This document shows positions 49,802 through 59,906 of a stretch of 64,000 nt of DNA, piece after piece. Origin of the DNA: Limisphaerales bacterium. Its GTDB lineage: Bacteria > Verrucomicrobiota > Verrucomicrobiia > Limisphaerales > JAJOIW01. Location of the stretch: assembly GCA_965657355.1 (NCBI GenBank), contig CBFHOE010000007.1, positions 1 through 64,000 of the forward strand, read 5' to 3'. The position numbers were made by a program, and so were the translations under genes. Under the pieces are notes generated by a model that was not told the origin of the DNA, made no database searches, and worked only from the letters and a program-made list of their open reading frames with translations. Within the stretch, counting starts at the first letter, position 1. Every line of letters begins with the position of its first letter.

Positions 49802-51649
49802 GTGTCAAATCAGAAAAAAAAGTTACTAATCGAAAAGCAAATGGGTGGAATTAACCAGAACCATTGGCATTTAGCAATCCGATTACGTGACTGGCTTCAG
49901 GCGCACGAGGAAAGTTCTCATCTAATGATGGCCTGCACGATTGGTATATTAGGCGGGGTTATCAACCTCGTTTTCAACCGAGCAATGGACTGGATTGGAA
50001 ACTTTTATGTTGGACAAGGTGAAAGTCAGGTCGATTTTGTAAGGTCTCTTAGCTGGCAGTGGGCTGTTATTATTCCTACTCTTGGAGGAGGATGTGCTGG
50101 TCTCATTTTATTGTGGAGGGATTTATCAAAGAAAAGCAAATACCTGACCAATAATTTACTGGAAGCAGTGGCGGCAGGAAACGGAAAACTATCTTTTTCA
50201 TATGCCATTAAAAGTGCATTTGCCTCACTGACTTCTCTTCTCTCTGGCTCTTCTCTCGGCAGAGAAGGAGCAATCGCTCAGCTCGGAGCAGCAGGTGCCT
50301 CCACAATTGGACAAAAACTCAACTGGGCGCCTTATCGTTTAAGATTAATGGTTGCTAGTGGTGCGGCAGCTGGGATGGCTGCAGCATACAATGCGCCCAT
50401 TTCTGGGTCTGTATTCGCTGCCCAGATTGTGCTGGGTAATTTTTCGATGCGGCTTTTGGCACCAGTATTACTTTCAGCAGTTATGGCAAGTATGATTTCA
50501 AGATCATTTTTGCAGGTAGGGCCATTGTTTGAGGTGCCGGATTTTGAATTTACGGATATGACCCAGCTTCCCTATTTTATGCTTCTGGGGGTGATCACTG
50601 GTTTAGCCGGTGCTTTCTTTTTGGGATACCTCCATAAGTGCCGATATGTATTTGATAAAACAGGCCTTCCTATTTATGTGAAAGTCGCGCTAGGCGGCAT
50701 GATCGTCGGAGGAATATCAATACTTTTCCCTGAAGTCGTGGGCAATGGTTATGTTGTGACAAATGATTTGTTCAAGTGGGGGGAAATCAGTCTGATTGTT
50801 GCCATTGGTTTATTTGCAGCGAAGTTTCTGGCTACTGGTATCAGCGTCGCGTCTGGGGCCGTGGGCGGGGTATTTACGCCAACACTTCTTCTTGGCGCTA
50901 GCTTAGGCATATTATCAAGTCGGCTATTCCACCAGATCAATCTAGCCGATCCAACTCATGTAGCTGCATTTGCTCTTGCAGGAATGTGTGGAGTATTAGC
51001 AGCAACAACTCATTCAGCATTATTAGCAATAATTATGGTTTTTGAATTGTCCCTGAACTATTCCATAATGCCGGCTTTGATGGTTACGTCAGCAGTATCG
51101 ACTTTAGTATCACGTCGATTTTATTCGGACTCAGTTTATACGACAGGTTTAGATATGGTGGGGCTGGAAGACCAGAGAGAGTCAAGTGACCTTGGAGCCT
51201 CAAAGGAACAATCCATCGGAGATTGGATGTCAGACCCCATTTACGTCATACCGCAAAATACAAGATTTTCGGAGATTGTAGAAACTTTTCTACAAAATCC
51301 AATTGAGCATCTCACAGTGATAGACGACGAGGGGGGCATTACAGGAGAGGTCTGCTTAGAGGATTTGAAAGCCTGGTTGAAACAGGGCTCGGATTTGGAA
51401 GTCGTTATTGCAATGGATATAATGAGGCCACCTCCAGAATTTCTGACAGCTGATGCACGTTTATCTCAAGCTCTGCCTTTACTACTGAGAAATTCCAATC
51501 GATACATACCCGTTGTTAACAACTCATCCAGGAAAAAAATCATTGGCACCCTTGCGCGAGGTGAATTACTCAATTATTTTTCTGAAGCTATCTCGAGACA
51601 ATCTCAACCTGGGATAGATATTTTTAAACCAAGGCAACCAAAAAAATAA
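49802..51649 (+). CDS. CLC family chloride channel/transporter with a C-terminal CBS pair
   Basis: SLGREGA, AAYNAP, GGVFTP motifs; two CBS-like domains. Start uncertain. Confidence 0.92.
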   Translation: MSNQKKKLLIEKQMGGINQNHWHLAIRLRDWLQAHEESSHLMMACTIGILGGVINLVFNRAMDWIGNFYVGQGESQVDFVRSLSWQWAVIIPTLGGGCAGLILLWRDLSKKSKYLTNNLLEAVAAGNGKLSFSYAIKSAFASLTSLLSGSSLGREGAIAQLGAAGASTIGQKLNWAPYRLRLMVASGAAAGMAAAYNAPISGSVFAAQIVLGNFSMRLLAPVLLSAVMASMISRSFLQVGPLFEVPDFEFTDMTQLPYFMLLGVITGLAGAFFLGYLHKCRYVFDKTGLPIYVKVALGGMIVGGISILFPEVVGNGYVVTNDLFKWGEISLIVAIGLFAAKFLATGISVASGAVGGVFTPTLLLGASLGILSSRLFHQINLADPTHVAAFALAGMCGVLAATTHSALLAIIMVFELSLNYSIMPALMVTSAVSTLVSRRFYSDSVYTTGLDMVGLEDQRESSDLGASKEQSIGDWMSDPIYVIPQNTRFSEIVETFLQNPIEHLTVIDDEGGITGEVCLEDLKAWLKQGSDLEVVIAMDIMRPPPEFLTADARLSQALPLLLRNSNRYIPVVNNSSRKKIIGTLARGELLNYFSEAISRQSQPGIDIFKPRQPKK

Positions 51650-51674
51650 CATATTCCAATCGTACGATTAGATT

Positions 51675-53165
51675 TTAATAATTTTTTTGGTTTGCTAATC
51701 CGGCTAAGTGGGTGGGCATTGGGCAACTTGAGCATAGAGGGTTTGATAGTCTGCAGAATTCCATTTCAATTTGGAGAAGGCCCTGTTGGATAATTGCTTT
51801 TCCTTTAGGCCCGGAATTTGGTTCACCAAATATCCTTTCTCTCAAATGCCGCGTCCTAGAATTCTCAGCTGATTGAGGTAGCGATTTCAGGAACTGTATG
51901 ACATGGAATTCCGACTCATTGGAACTTAGTTTCCCTCCTGCAGGAACTTGAGTAAGAGCCCATGGTAGTATGGCATTAACCAAGAGATCGATTAGAAGCT
52001 CTTTGCTCAAAAGAGAAACAGGTCGGGGCAAAGGAAAGTCTACAGAAAAATAATAGTATCTATTCCAAAATGTGTTGCCTGGAGGTTGAAGTATTTCCCT
52101 GAATGATTTTAATTTTGCGGAGAAATTATCACTTTTTCGATGGGCCCATATTTTTTCACGAATTTTTTCACCGAGGCCTTCCTGCATGAAGAGATAAGCG
52201 CCGAGAGCTAATCGCCTCTGAGGATGATGCAAGGGGCGTATATTCCTCATATTCCAAATATTTTGAGGGAGAACAGAATCAGACACTGTTCCCCTCATTC
52301 TCCACCAGTATTCCCAAATATTTCTAAAAAATTGGCCACAAGCATGGTCTGTTGAAATGTTGTTGTTAGTGATCCAGCCGCCTAATCCTAGTAACAAGGC
52401 CTGAGCCTCTATCCAAGATTCCATTTCTTTATGACAATTCTGTATAAACTTTTCAGCCAAATACCTCATTGGCCAGGAATTCTCGGGGTTCCCTAAAGCT
52501 GACATGATCCCCAAAAATAATGAGTTTTCATTGCCGTGATCTTGATTCCAAATCAAAAATCTTTGCGATTTTGCTCGAATACGACTCACCCCCGCGGAGG
52601 ATAATATTTCTTCAGAACTTTTTATCGAAAAGGAAGAAAATTGATTTTTACAGCGTCCTGAATGAAATGATGTCGGCTCAAGGCCGCTGGACTTTTTATA
52701 CAAACCTAAAATAGTTGAGAAATCAGAGTTAAGGTGACTACTTATTGATAAAACTGGGAAGGAAAGTTCCTTAAGGTTTGAAGAGTTTGCATCCAAATCC
52801 AAACGCGAATCTTCCCAGACAACCAAAAGAACGACATGGGCAAAACGAAAATTTTCGTGGTGTCCGTGATGGAACCAATTGTTTAAAGAAACCTCGACCT
52901 CGACGTCACCAGATAAAATTTCATTGTTTTCAATAAATAAAACAGCTCGGGTAAAATCTGGCCCAGCGCATTTATTCCAGTGACCTGGGTGCACGATCTT
53001 GACATTTTGGCCAGTGTCACACCTTAAATTTTCTCCTTTTATGAATTGATGAAACCAAATCCATTGCACAAGGTTTTCATTGATTTTAGGTCCGCAATTC
53101 ACTTCATCATTCCCCGAGCCCATTGGGGATAACTCGCCATTCATATTACAAATAAATAATTTCAC
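51675..53165 (-). CDS. DUF2851 family protein
   Basis: E..VQWIW, HPGHWN..AGPDF, GDVEVE, WFHHGHH, RPLHHPQRRLA, QQGLLQI, terminal C-x6-C-x2-C. Start uncertain. Confidence 0.82.
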   Translation of the reverse strand: MKLFICNMNGELSPMGSGNDEVNCGPKINENLVQWIWFHQFIKGENLRCDTGQNVKIVHPGHWNKCAGPDFTRAVLFIENNEILSGDVEVEVSLNNWFHHGHHENFRFAHVVLLVVWEDSRLDLDANSSNLKELSFPVLSISSHLNSDFSTILGLYKKSSGLEPTSFHSGRCKNQFSSFSIKSSEEILSSAGVSRIRAKSQRFLIWNQDHGNENSLFLGIMSALGNPENSWPMRYLAEKFIQNCHKEMESWIEAQALLLGLGGWITNNNISTDHACGQFFRNIWEYWWRMRGTVSDSVLPQNIWNMRNIRPLHHPQRRLALGAYLFMQEGLGEKIREKIWAHRKSDNFSAKLKSFREILQPPGNTFWNRYYYFSVDFPLPRPVSLLSKELLIDLLVNAILPWALTQVPAGGKLSSNESEFHVIQFLKSLPQSAENSRTRHLRERIFGEPNSGPKGKAIIQQGLLQIEMEFCRLSNPLCSSCPMPTHLAGLANQKNY

Positions 53166-53321
53166 ATCTCCAAACGATAATCTCAGTAATCGTTTGCTTG
53201 TTTGACGCCCACATGCATCGACCGATTATTCATTTTAGTCTTTTTTTGAAAATGGTAAAGGGTAACATAAAAGGTATAATTACTATTTGGATTAGACGAG
53301 ATTCAGACTGGTAGAGGGATT

Positions 53322-54728
53322 ATGGAAAAGTTGAAGTCATATATTTCCTTAGGAATCATTTTATTTTGTTTTCAAACAGGTTTCGCAATAGAGGCCAAGG
53401 TGGAAATGCCTGAGGTTAAATTCGGAGACCCCGGCATCAGGTTAACCCCCACGGTTGAAGCAGTTGGTAAAGCTATGCCAGCGGTGGTGAACATTAGCAC
53501 TGAGCAGGTCAGATTAAAACAAAGCCCAGTGGATCAACTCTTCAGAGAGTATTTTGGTTATTCTTGGCAATCAGTGCCCAACGACCCCCAAAGAAGCCTA
53601 GGGTCGGGGGTGATTATTGATTCTGACGGTTACCTCTTGACCAATTACCATGTGATTGAAAGAGCTTCTAAAATTAATATTACTTTAGCTGAGACAAAAG
53701 AACAGTTTGAGGCTGATGTAATAGCTACAATGCCAAAGACTGATTTGGCCCTTTTGAGAATAAAAAATAAGGGCTCAAGAGATTCATTTCCTTTTATTGA
53801 GTTTGAAAATGCTGACGATCTTCTTTTAGGAGAAGAAGTTTTAACCCTAGGCAACCCGTTTGGCCTAGGAGGCTCAGTGAGTAGAGGTATTCTGAGTTCC
53901 AAAAACCGAAGACCAATACCAGCCGGAGAGCAACTTGAGGTTGACGATTGGCTGCAAACCGATGCGGCCATTAATCTCGGTAACAGCGGAGGGCCGCTTA
54001 TAAACCTCAATGGAAAACTCATAGGAATTAATGTAGCGACAATCAGCGAAGGGCAAAACATAGGTTTCGCCATTCCTATCAGAAGGGTCATGGAGACCAT
54101 AGTTTACATATTTAATTCAGAAAAAATAAAACGCTCCTGGATTGGAATGCAATTAAATCCAGTTGCGCCGAAACCATTAATATCTGGAATAGAAAAAGAT
54201 AGCCCAGCGAGTCAGGCTGGACTATTGGTTGGAGACATCGTCACTCATTTTAATAATAGAGAAATTCAAAGTTTGTTTGACCTTCAGAAGATGTTAGTTC
54301 AGGCGTTGCCTGGTGAGAAATTTTTTCTCACCTTACAAAGACAAAATGAAAAAAAGGCGATTATAGAAATAACTCCAATAGGTCTTTCTGACTACTTTAA
54401 TGCTGGTTATTTAAAAAAGCGCACTGGCTTATTGTTGAGGAATATCTCACTCCCAAACCCAGCAGCACTGAAGGTCTCAACTTCGAACGCATTCGAAATA
54501 ATTGACATAGTTGAAGAAAGTCCAGCGGCAGATGCCGGGCTTTTGCAGGGTGATATCATTACCAGCATAAATAACAAAGAATTTAAAAGCCTGGAGGACC
54601 TCGGTTGGTGGTTTTCCTATTACCCAACAGATTCAACGGTCGACATAGGCATCCGACGCCCAGAGTATTTTGCTCCAGCCAGAGGAAACTACTATCTCTC
54701 TTACAAAGGACAACTAAAGATCAACTAA
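53322..54728 (+). CDS. HtrA/DegQ family serine protease with two PDZ domains
   Basis: Signal peptide; triad motifs LTNYHV, DLAL, GNSGGPL; two SPA..AGL..GDI PDZ motifs. Confidence 0.94.
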   Translation: MEKLKSYISLGIILFCFQTGFAIEAKVEMPEVKFGDPGIRLTPTVEAVGKAMPAVVNISTEQVRLKQSPVDQLFREYFGYSWQSVPNDPQRSLGSGVIIDSDGYLLTNYHVIERASKINITLAETKEQFEADVIATMPKTDLALLRIKNKGSRDSFPFIEFENADDLLLGEEVLTLGNPFGLGGSVSRGILSSKNRRPIPAGEQLEVDDWLQTDAAINLGNSGGPLINLNGKLIGINVATISEGQNIGFAIPIRRVMETIVYIFNSEKIKRSWIGMQLNPVAPKPLISGIEKDSPASQAGLLVGDIVTHFNNREIQSLFDLQKMLVQALPGEKFFLTLQRQNEKKAIIEITPIGLSDYFNAGYLKKRTGLLLRNISLPNPAALKVSTSNAFEIIDIVEESPAADAGLLQGDIITSINNKEFKSLEDLGWWFSYYPTDSTVDIGIRRPEYFAPARGNYYLSYKGQLKIN

Positions 54729-54772
54729 ATTGCCCGCAGGCCACAGGAGCCATTTGGCCTCAATTTTTGCTT

Positions 54773-55762
54773 ATGATCAGTGTTACAAATTTAACAAAGT
54801 CTTTTGGAAATATCCCAGTTTTGAAAGGAATATCCTTTTCAGCATCCCACGGCATAACTGGATTTTTGGGACCCAATGGAGCCGGTAAATCGACCACAAT
54901 GAAGATCATCGCCGGCTGCTTGGCAGCCGATACGGGACAAGTTTCAATTTGTGGATACGACATTCTCACTCAATCCAGGCAAGCAAGATCTGTCATAGGA
55001 TTCATGCCTGAGTCAACGCCCTTAGATTGGGATATGAACGTGGGTCGTTTTTTAAGATTTAGAGCTCAATTAAAAGGCATATCCAGTAAAAGAGCTGATG
55101 AGCAAATGAACAAAGTTGCAAATCAGTGCCAATTGGAAGATGTCTTAAACCGAAGAATTGGAAACCTTTCGAAAGGCTTTAAACAAAGAGTAGGATTGGC
55201 AGATGCTTTGATTCATGATCCGTCAATTTTGATTCTGGACGAACCAACATCAGGCCTTGATCCAAACCAGATTCGCTCATTGAGAAATGTGATAAAGTCT
55301 ATATCAGAGTCTCGAACTATCCTTCTCTCAAGTCATGTTTTGGCCGAGGTTGAAGCAACCTGTGATCGGGTCATTGTCATTAACAAAGGCCAAATCTTAG
55401 CTAATGATTCATTAAGCAATATCAAAAATAAGGTCAGTGATTCTTTTCAGATTCAAGCCTCTGTTTGCGGCGATAAACAAGTGATAGAAAATTCAATCAA
55501 TAGCATCTCAGGGGTTCATTCCTTCTCAATTTCAAGCGAAAATTGTAATAGTGATAAAAATCAAAAATATGAGATCCAAATAGAATTTCCGACAGGGATT
55601 AATAAATTAGAATTTGAGCTAATAGCTCCAAAAGTAGCCAGAACTTTTGTCGAAAATAATATAGACCTCATTGAATTAACTCAGTCTCAAAGAAACCTGG
55701 AGGATATTTTCCAAACACTCACACTAGATTTAGGCAAAAACGAATCATTATCTATTAAATGA
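54773..55762 (+). CDS. ABC ATPase (GldA-like)
   Basis: GPNGAGKST, LSKGFKQRVGLA, LDEPTSGLDP, SSH; start moved to MISV at 54773. Confidence 0.93.
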   Translation: MISVTNLTKSFGNIPVLKGISFSASHGITGFLGPNGAGKSTTMKIIAGCLAADTGQVSICGYDILTQSRQARSVIGFMPESTPLDWDMNVGRFLRFRAQLKGISSKRADEQMNKVANQCQLEDVLNRRIGNLSKGFKQRVGLADALIHDPSILILDEPTSGLDPNQIRSLRNVIKSISESRTILLSSHVLAEVEATCDRVIVINKGQILANDSLSNIKNKVSDSFQIQASVCGDKQVIENSINSISGVHSFSISSENCNSDKNQKYEIQIEFPTGINKLEFELIAPKVARTFVENNIDLIELTQSQRNLEDIFQTLTLDLGKNESLSIK

Positions 55763-56559
55763 CCAAACCTGAAACAGAAGAAGATCACTTTGATAAGGAA
55801 AGTGTTTCGCCCACTCTTTTAATTTGGCGAAAAGAAATCAATGGCTACTTAACATCTACAACGGGTCACATCGTCATTACCCTGAATGCATTATTATTAG
55901 GCGGCTTCTTTACCATATTTATCGAACTACTCAACCAAGTTCCCACAGACACACCTATCACTGAACTATTTTATGACTCATACTTTTTTTGGATACTTTT
56001 GTTCATTGGAGCTCCTGTGATAACGACCCGAGCTTTTTCCCTTGAAGCATCTCGAGGCACATTGGATGCAACTCTTGCGACCCAGGCCCCGACTTACGCT
56101 CTTGTCACTGGTAAGTGGGCTGCAAGTTTGACCTTTTTTCTGCTGACATGGATACCTTGGCTCGGGTGTATGGCTGTGATTTACACGATCCCTAATACTC
56201 CTCCACCATTCTCCTGGGAACAATGGGCCAGTACGGGGCTGGGACTTTTACTAATGGGAGGTTTTTTCATCTCAGTTGGTTGTCTATTTTCTTCTATGAC
56301 GTCGAATCAAATCGTCAGTGCCATGGCAACATTGGTCTTGTGTCTTGGGTTATTTAGCCTGAGTTTTTTGGATCAATGGTCGAACCCGAATGAGAATTTA
56401 TTGCAGTCCTTGATATCTCAAATAGGAATAGTGAACCATATGGGAGATTTTGTTAGAGGAATAATAGATACAAGGCCAATAGTATTTTATATTTCTTCAA
56501 CGTGTGTCTGCCTATATTTAACAACTATAACTCTGGAGAGGAGACGTTGGGTAACATGA
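55759..56559 (+). CDS. ABC-2 permease (GldF-like)
   Basis: KEINGYL, P.ITTRAFSLE..RGT, SSMTSNQIVSA, RGIIDTR; ATGA-coupled to the ATPase gene. Confidence 0.88.
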   Translation: MTKPETEEDHFDKESVSPTLLIWRKEINGYLTSTTGHIVITLNALLLGGFFTIFIELLNQVPTDTPITELFYDSYFFWILLFIGAPVITTRAFSLEASRGTLDATLATQAPTYALVTGKWAASLTFFLLTWIPWLGCMAVIYTIPNTPPPFSWEQWASTGLGLLLMGGFFISVGCLFSSMTSNQIVSAMATLVLCLGLFSLSFLDQWSNPNENLLQSLISQIGIVNHMGDFVRGIIDTRPIVFYISSTCVCLYLTTITLERRRWVT

Positions 56560-58046
56560 TAACCGCCCGCAAGGTTCAGCCCGGTTTTTCCAAAGAAAAC
56601 CGAAAAAAACTCAAGTTTTATATATCTATTTCAATGATTTGCATTGGAATACTGTGGCTTTTAATTAACTATGCTTCAACAGCAATTCATCTAAGAAAAC
56701 ACATTGCTAGTGACTCAAATCACTCATTGTCTCCCTTTACACATCAAATCCTGAACCTTTTAGATAGTCCACTTGAGATTATCTTATATTTTAATCCAGA
56801 TAGAGACACCTTCGAATCATTAGACATGCTCACGAGAGAATATGCACTAGCCGACTCGCATGTGAGAATCAAACATGTAGATTATCAGAGTGATCCCGCA
56901 GCAGCACAGATTGTCAAAAATGAGTATAAAATGGCGTTTGGAGGTGAGAAGGATGTCGTATTATTAAAATATAAAAGTGAATATCGGGCTATACTTGATA
57001 ATGAACTTTCTGTTTTGGATGTAAACCCACTTCTTCAAGGCACAAGCAAGGAGATAAAAAGGTCCGCATTTAAAGGAGAGCAGGCCATCACATCAGCCAT
57101 CCTCAGCCTAACATTAAAAGATGAAAAAAAAGTGGCTTTTATCACAGGCCATCAAGAATACTCCATAGCAGATACCGCAGATAATTTTGGTTTTTCGCGA
57201 TTTGCACAGAGCCTTGAGAGAAATTTGTGTGAAACTGGGAACATTTCTTTGTCGGGAACAAATTCAATTCCAGGCGATGCCGATTTATTAGTATTAGCAA
57301 ACCCATCGACGAGCTATTCACGTACAGAATTGGTAAAAATAGCCAATTATATTGAATCGGGTGGTAGGATACTTGCACTCGTTGGTTCCAGGACCAAATC
57401 AGGTTTGGAAGTGTTGTTTTCCAATTATGGAATCGGTATCGAAGACAATGTTTTATTAGACGTCGCAAACAGCAGCAACCCTTCAGGGACTGATATGTCT
57501 TTAACAAACTTCAGTGCACACCCAATTACCCGTCCGATTTATGGAGGCCAATTATACATGATAATGCCTCGCTCTGTGCACTCATTAGAGAAGGTTATTC
57601 CGCCTAGTGAAAACCTTACAATAGAAGAGATACTTTACTCGAATAACACTGCTCAAGAAATCAGATCATACAAAGATAATCGACTTATACCGTCACCGGG
57701 CGACCGGGTAGGAGAATTTCCCCTAGCCGTTCTATCAACTAAAAAAGTATCTACGCCTGAAGGAAATAAAATCGCCAAAATCCTGGTTATCGGAGAATCA
57801 TTATTTTTGGGTAACACGGGAATACAAAGTCTGATGAATTATGAATTTGGGCTGCAATGCGTGAACTTTTTATTGGAGAGAGATTTATTCATTAATAATA
57901 TTCCTCCTAAACCTGTAAAGGAATTTGAGTTGGTATTAACCAGGGATCAAAAAATAAAAATGCGTTGGCTTCTGCTTCTGGTGATTCCGGGATTATTCTT
58001 TTTTGCTGGTTTGATTATTCATATCAAAAAAGCTCCGAATACATAG
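56556..58046 (+). CDS. GldG-like ABC auxiliary component
   Basis: N- and C-terminal TM; SLSPFT, GEQAITSAI, FITGHQE, YIESGGRIL; start ATG 56556 overlaps the upstream stop (ATGA). Confidence 0.85.
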   Translation: MITARKVQPGFSKENRKKLKFYISISMICIGILWLLINYASTAIHLRKHIASDSNHSLSPFTHQILNLLDSPLEIILYFNPDRDTFESLDMLTREYALADSHVRIKHVDYQSDPAAAQIVKNEYKMAFGGEKDVVLLKYKSEYRAILDNELSVLDVNPLLQGTSKEIKRSAFKGEQAITSAILSLTLKDEKKVAFITGHQEYSIADTADNFGFSRFAQSLERNLCETGNISLSGTNSIPGDADLLVLANPSTSYSRTELVKIANYIESGGRILALVGSRTKSGLEVLFSNYGIGIEDNVLLDVANSSNPSGTDMSLTNFSAHPITRPIYGGQLYMIMPRSVHSLEKVIPPSENLTIEEILYSNNTAQEIRSYKDNRLIPSPGDRVGEFPLAVLSTKKVSTPEGNKIAKILVIGESLFLGNTGIQSLMNYEFGLQCVNFLLERDLFINNIPPKPVKEFELVLTRDQKIKMRWLLLLVIPGLFFFAGLIIHIKKAPNT

Positions 58047-58053
58047 AACCATT

Positions 58054-59904
58054 ATGATCCAGCGATTCCCATACAAACTCATTTTCATTACGCTTGTGGC
58101 AATCTCGGCTACATTGGTTTTTATTCCGCCATGGGATAGGTCAAAGAAAACCGAGGAGCCAATACTTCATAGTTTGGACGTCAAAGATATAGAGGCTATT
58201 TCCATAGCTATCGGAAGCGGTACTAATAAATCAAGCGTTCAATTAACTCAGTCAAATAATAAAAAGTGGTATGTCGATGACAAAAATGGAAATTCATTCG
58301 AGGCTCACTTACCATTAATAGAGACGCTTCTTTTACAACTTGAAAATAAATGGACGGAAATACCATCTCCACCCGATGCATCTTCAGAGGCAGGTCAAAA
58401 ATTATTAAAGGACATGGAGCTTTCTCCTGCGAAACTGACTATGACTTTGGGGACGAAATCAGGCTTAAATTTAGTTTTGGTATTCGGTAGCAAACTGGAT
58501 GGGCAGGACTTCTGCTACATAAGCGATCAGAATTATTCTTCAGTCGCCTTAGCACCGATAGAGCTTCAAAATATGGCTATTCAACCAGCTCTGTATTGGA
58601 GAAAACGCCAAGTTATTGACCTTGAGGAGAGCCCTTATGATAGCATCACTATAACATCACTATACGGAAAAATTGGTTTAAAGAAAAATACAGCATCCCA
58701 AACATGGACTTTGGCTACACCAATTAAAGAGGAAGCTGACACGCAGGAAATAGAGAAAAAAATTCGCTACCTTTCCCAAATTAATGCGATAGAATACCGA
58801 CCAAAATCAGATAGTTTCGAAACCACATTTGCATTGAGGTTAAATTTTTTGAATGAGGGTATAAATCTGAGATCTTATGAATGGCGTCAAATTCGGAGAC
58901 CTGAGGAAGATCCAGCCAATGAAGGTGAGCCACCTCTATTTATTTTAACTGAATCAATATCCGGTTCACGAGCGATTGTTACAGGTGAAGCTATCCCTAT
59001 GTGGACAATAGCTCCAGATGATTTGAGAAACCGACAATTCCTCAGCTTCTCTCCGAATGAGGTGGCGGGTGTTTCGATAGAAATAGGTGAGGAGCAAAGT
59101 TTCGAATTAGTTAAAAATAAAGTCAGTAACACATGGAAGATAGAACTCCCATCTCAAGGGTTTGAATTTCCGGCTCAAACCAGGAAGATCGATTCTTTTA
59201 TACGGCATGCATCTTTGATGAAAATCTACAAATTCCCCACCCTCGATTGGGATCAAGCTACAGCTGTTCATTTAGACCCGCCGATCGCCAGATACAAATT
59301 TTGGAAATTAAATGACGAGGCAAAAAAGAAAATTCCACTGGCTACATTAAGTCTCGGCAGACTTAATCAAAAAGATGAAATAATTTATGCCTCAAGAATG
59401 AAAGAGAAAACTATCTTCGCTCTCCAACCGGTGGATGGGTTGTCTATGCCACAAAATTATTATCAATTAAGAGACGGACGACTATTCCCATCGCTAGATG
59501 AAAATTTAAAAATTACAGAGCTGCACTGGACTTCAAAGAACGCTGATATAAAATTCACAAGATCACTTGATAGAGGAAATTGGAAAGGCTTGGAAAATTT
59601 AGAAAATGCAGTCCTGGAAGAATTTTGCATAAAGTTACTCAATTATACATTTGATGACTGGAGAGGGTTCGGACAATCCTCTGTGGAGTCATTCCGAATT
59701 TCCAAACCAGGCGATGTGGGGAAAGGCTTAAAAATTGCGCTTTCAGACGGATCAGAAAAAATTCTGCAATTTGGGAGATCCACTCCTCGAAGAGGAATCT
59801 ACACAGCCGTTGATTTTGAAGAGGGAACGTATATTTTCGATTTTTCAAAAGATCTCATCGATACAATATCTGCAATAGATGAAATCCGTCTCTATTTTAA
59901 ATAA
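58054..59904 (+). CDS. DUF4340-domain membrane-anchored periplasmic protein
   Basis: N-terminal TM, repeated W.L..P...AD units and LR.R linkers; usual position after a GldG-like gene. Confidence 0.72.
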   Translation: MIQRFPYKLIFITLVAISATLVFIPPWDRSKKTEEPILHSLDVKDIEAISIAIGSGTNKSSVQLTQSNNKKWYVDDKNGNSFEAHLPLIETLLLQLENKWTEIPSPPDASSEAGQKLLKDMELSPAKLTMTLGTKSGLNLVLVFGSKLDGQDFCYISDQNYSSVALAPIELQNMAIQPALYWRKRQVIDLEESPYDSITITSLYGKIGLKKNTASQTWTLATPIKEEADTQEIEKKIRYLSQINAIEYRPKSDSFETTFALRLNFLNEGINLRSYEWRQIRRPEEDPANEGEPPLFILTESISGSRAIVTGEAIPMWTIAPDDLRNRQFLSFSPNEVAGVSIEIGEEQSFELVKNKVSNTWKIELPSQGFEFPAQTRKIDSFIRHASLMKIYKFPTLDWDQATAVHLDPPIARYKFWKLNDEAKKKIPLATLSLGRLNQKDEIIYASRMKEKTIFALQPVDGLSMPQNYYQLRDGRLFPSLDENLKITELHWTSKNADIKFTRSLDRGNWKGLENLENAVLEEFCIKLLNYTFDDWRGFGQSSVESFRISKPGDVGKGLKIALSDGSEKILQFGRSTPRRGIYTAVDFEEGTYIFDFSKDLIDTISAIDEIRLYFK

Positions 59905-59906
59905 AA

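Noticed and set aside
54605..54772. 56-aa N-terminal extension of the ABC ATPase
   Set aside because: It overlaps the htrA 3' end; the ABC fold starts at MISV (54773).
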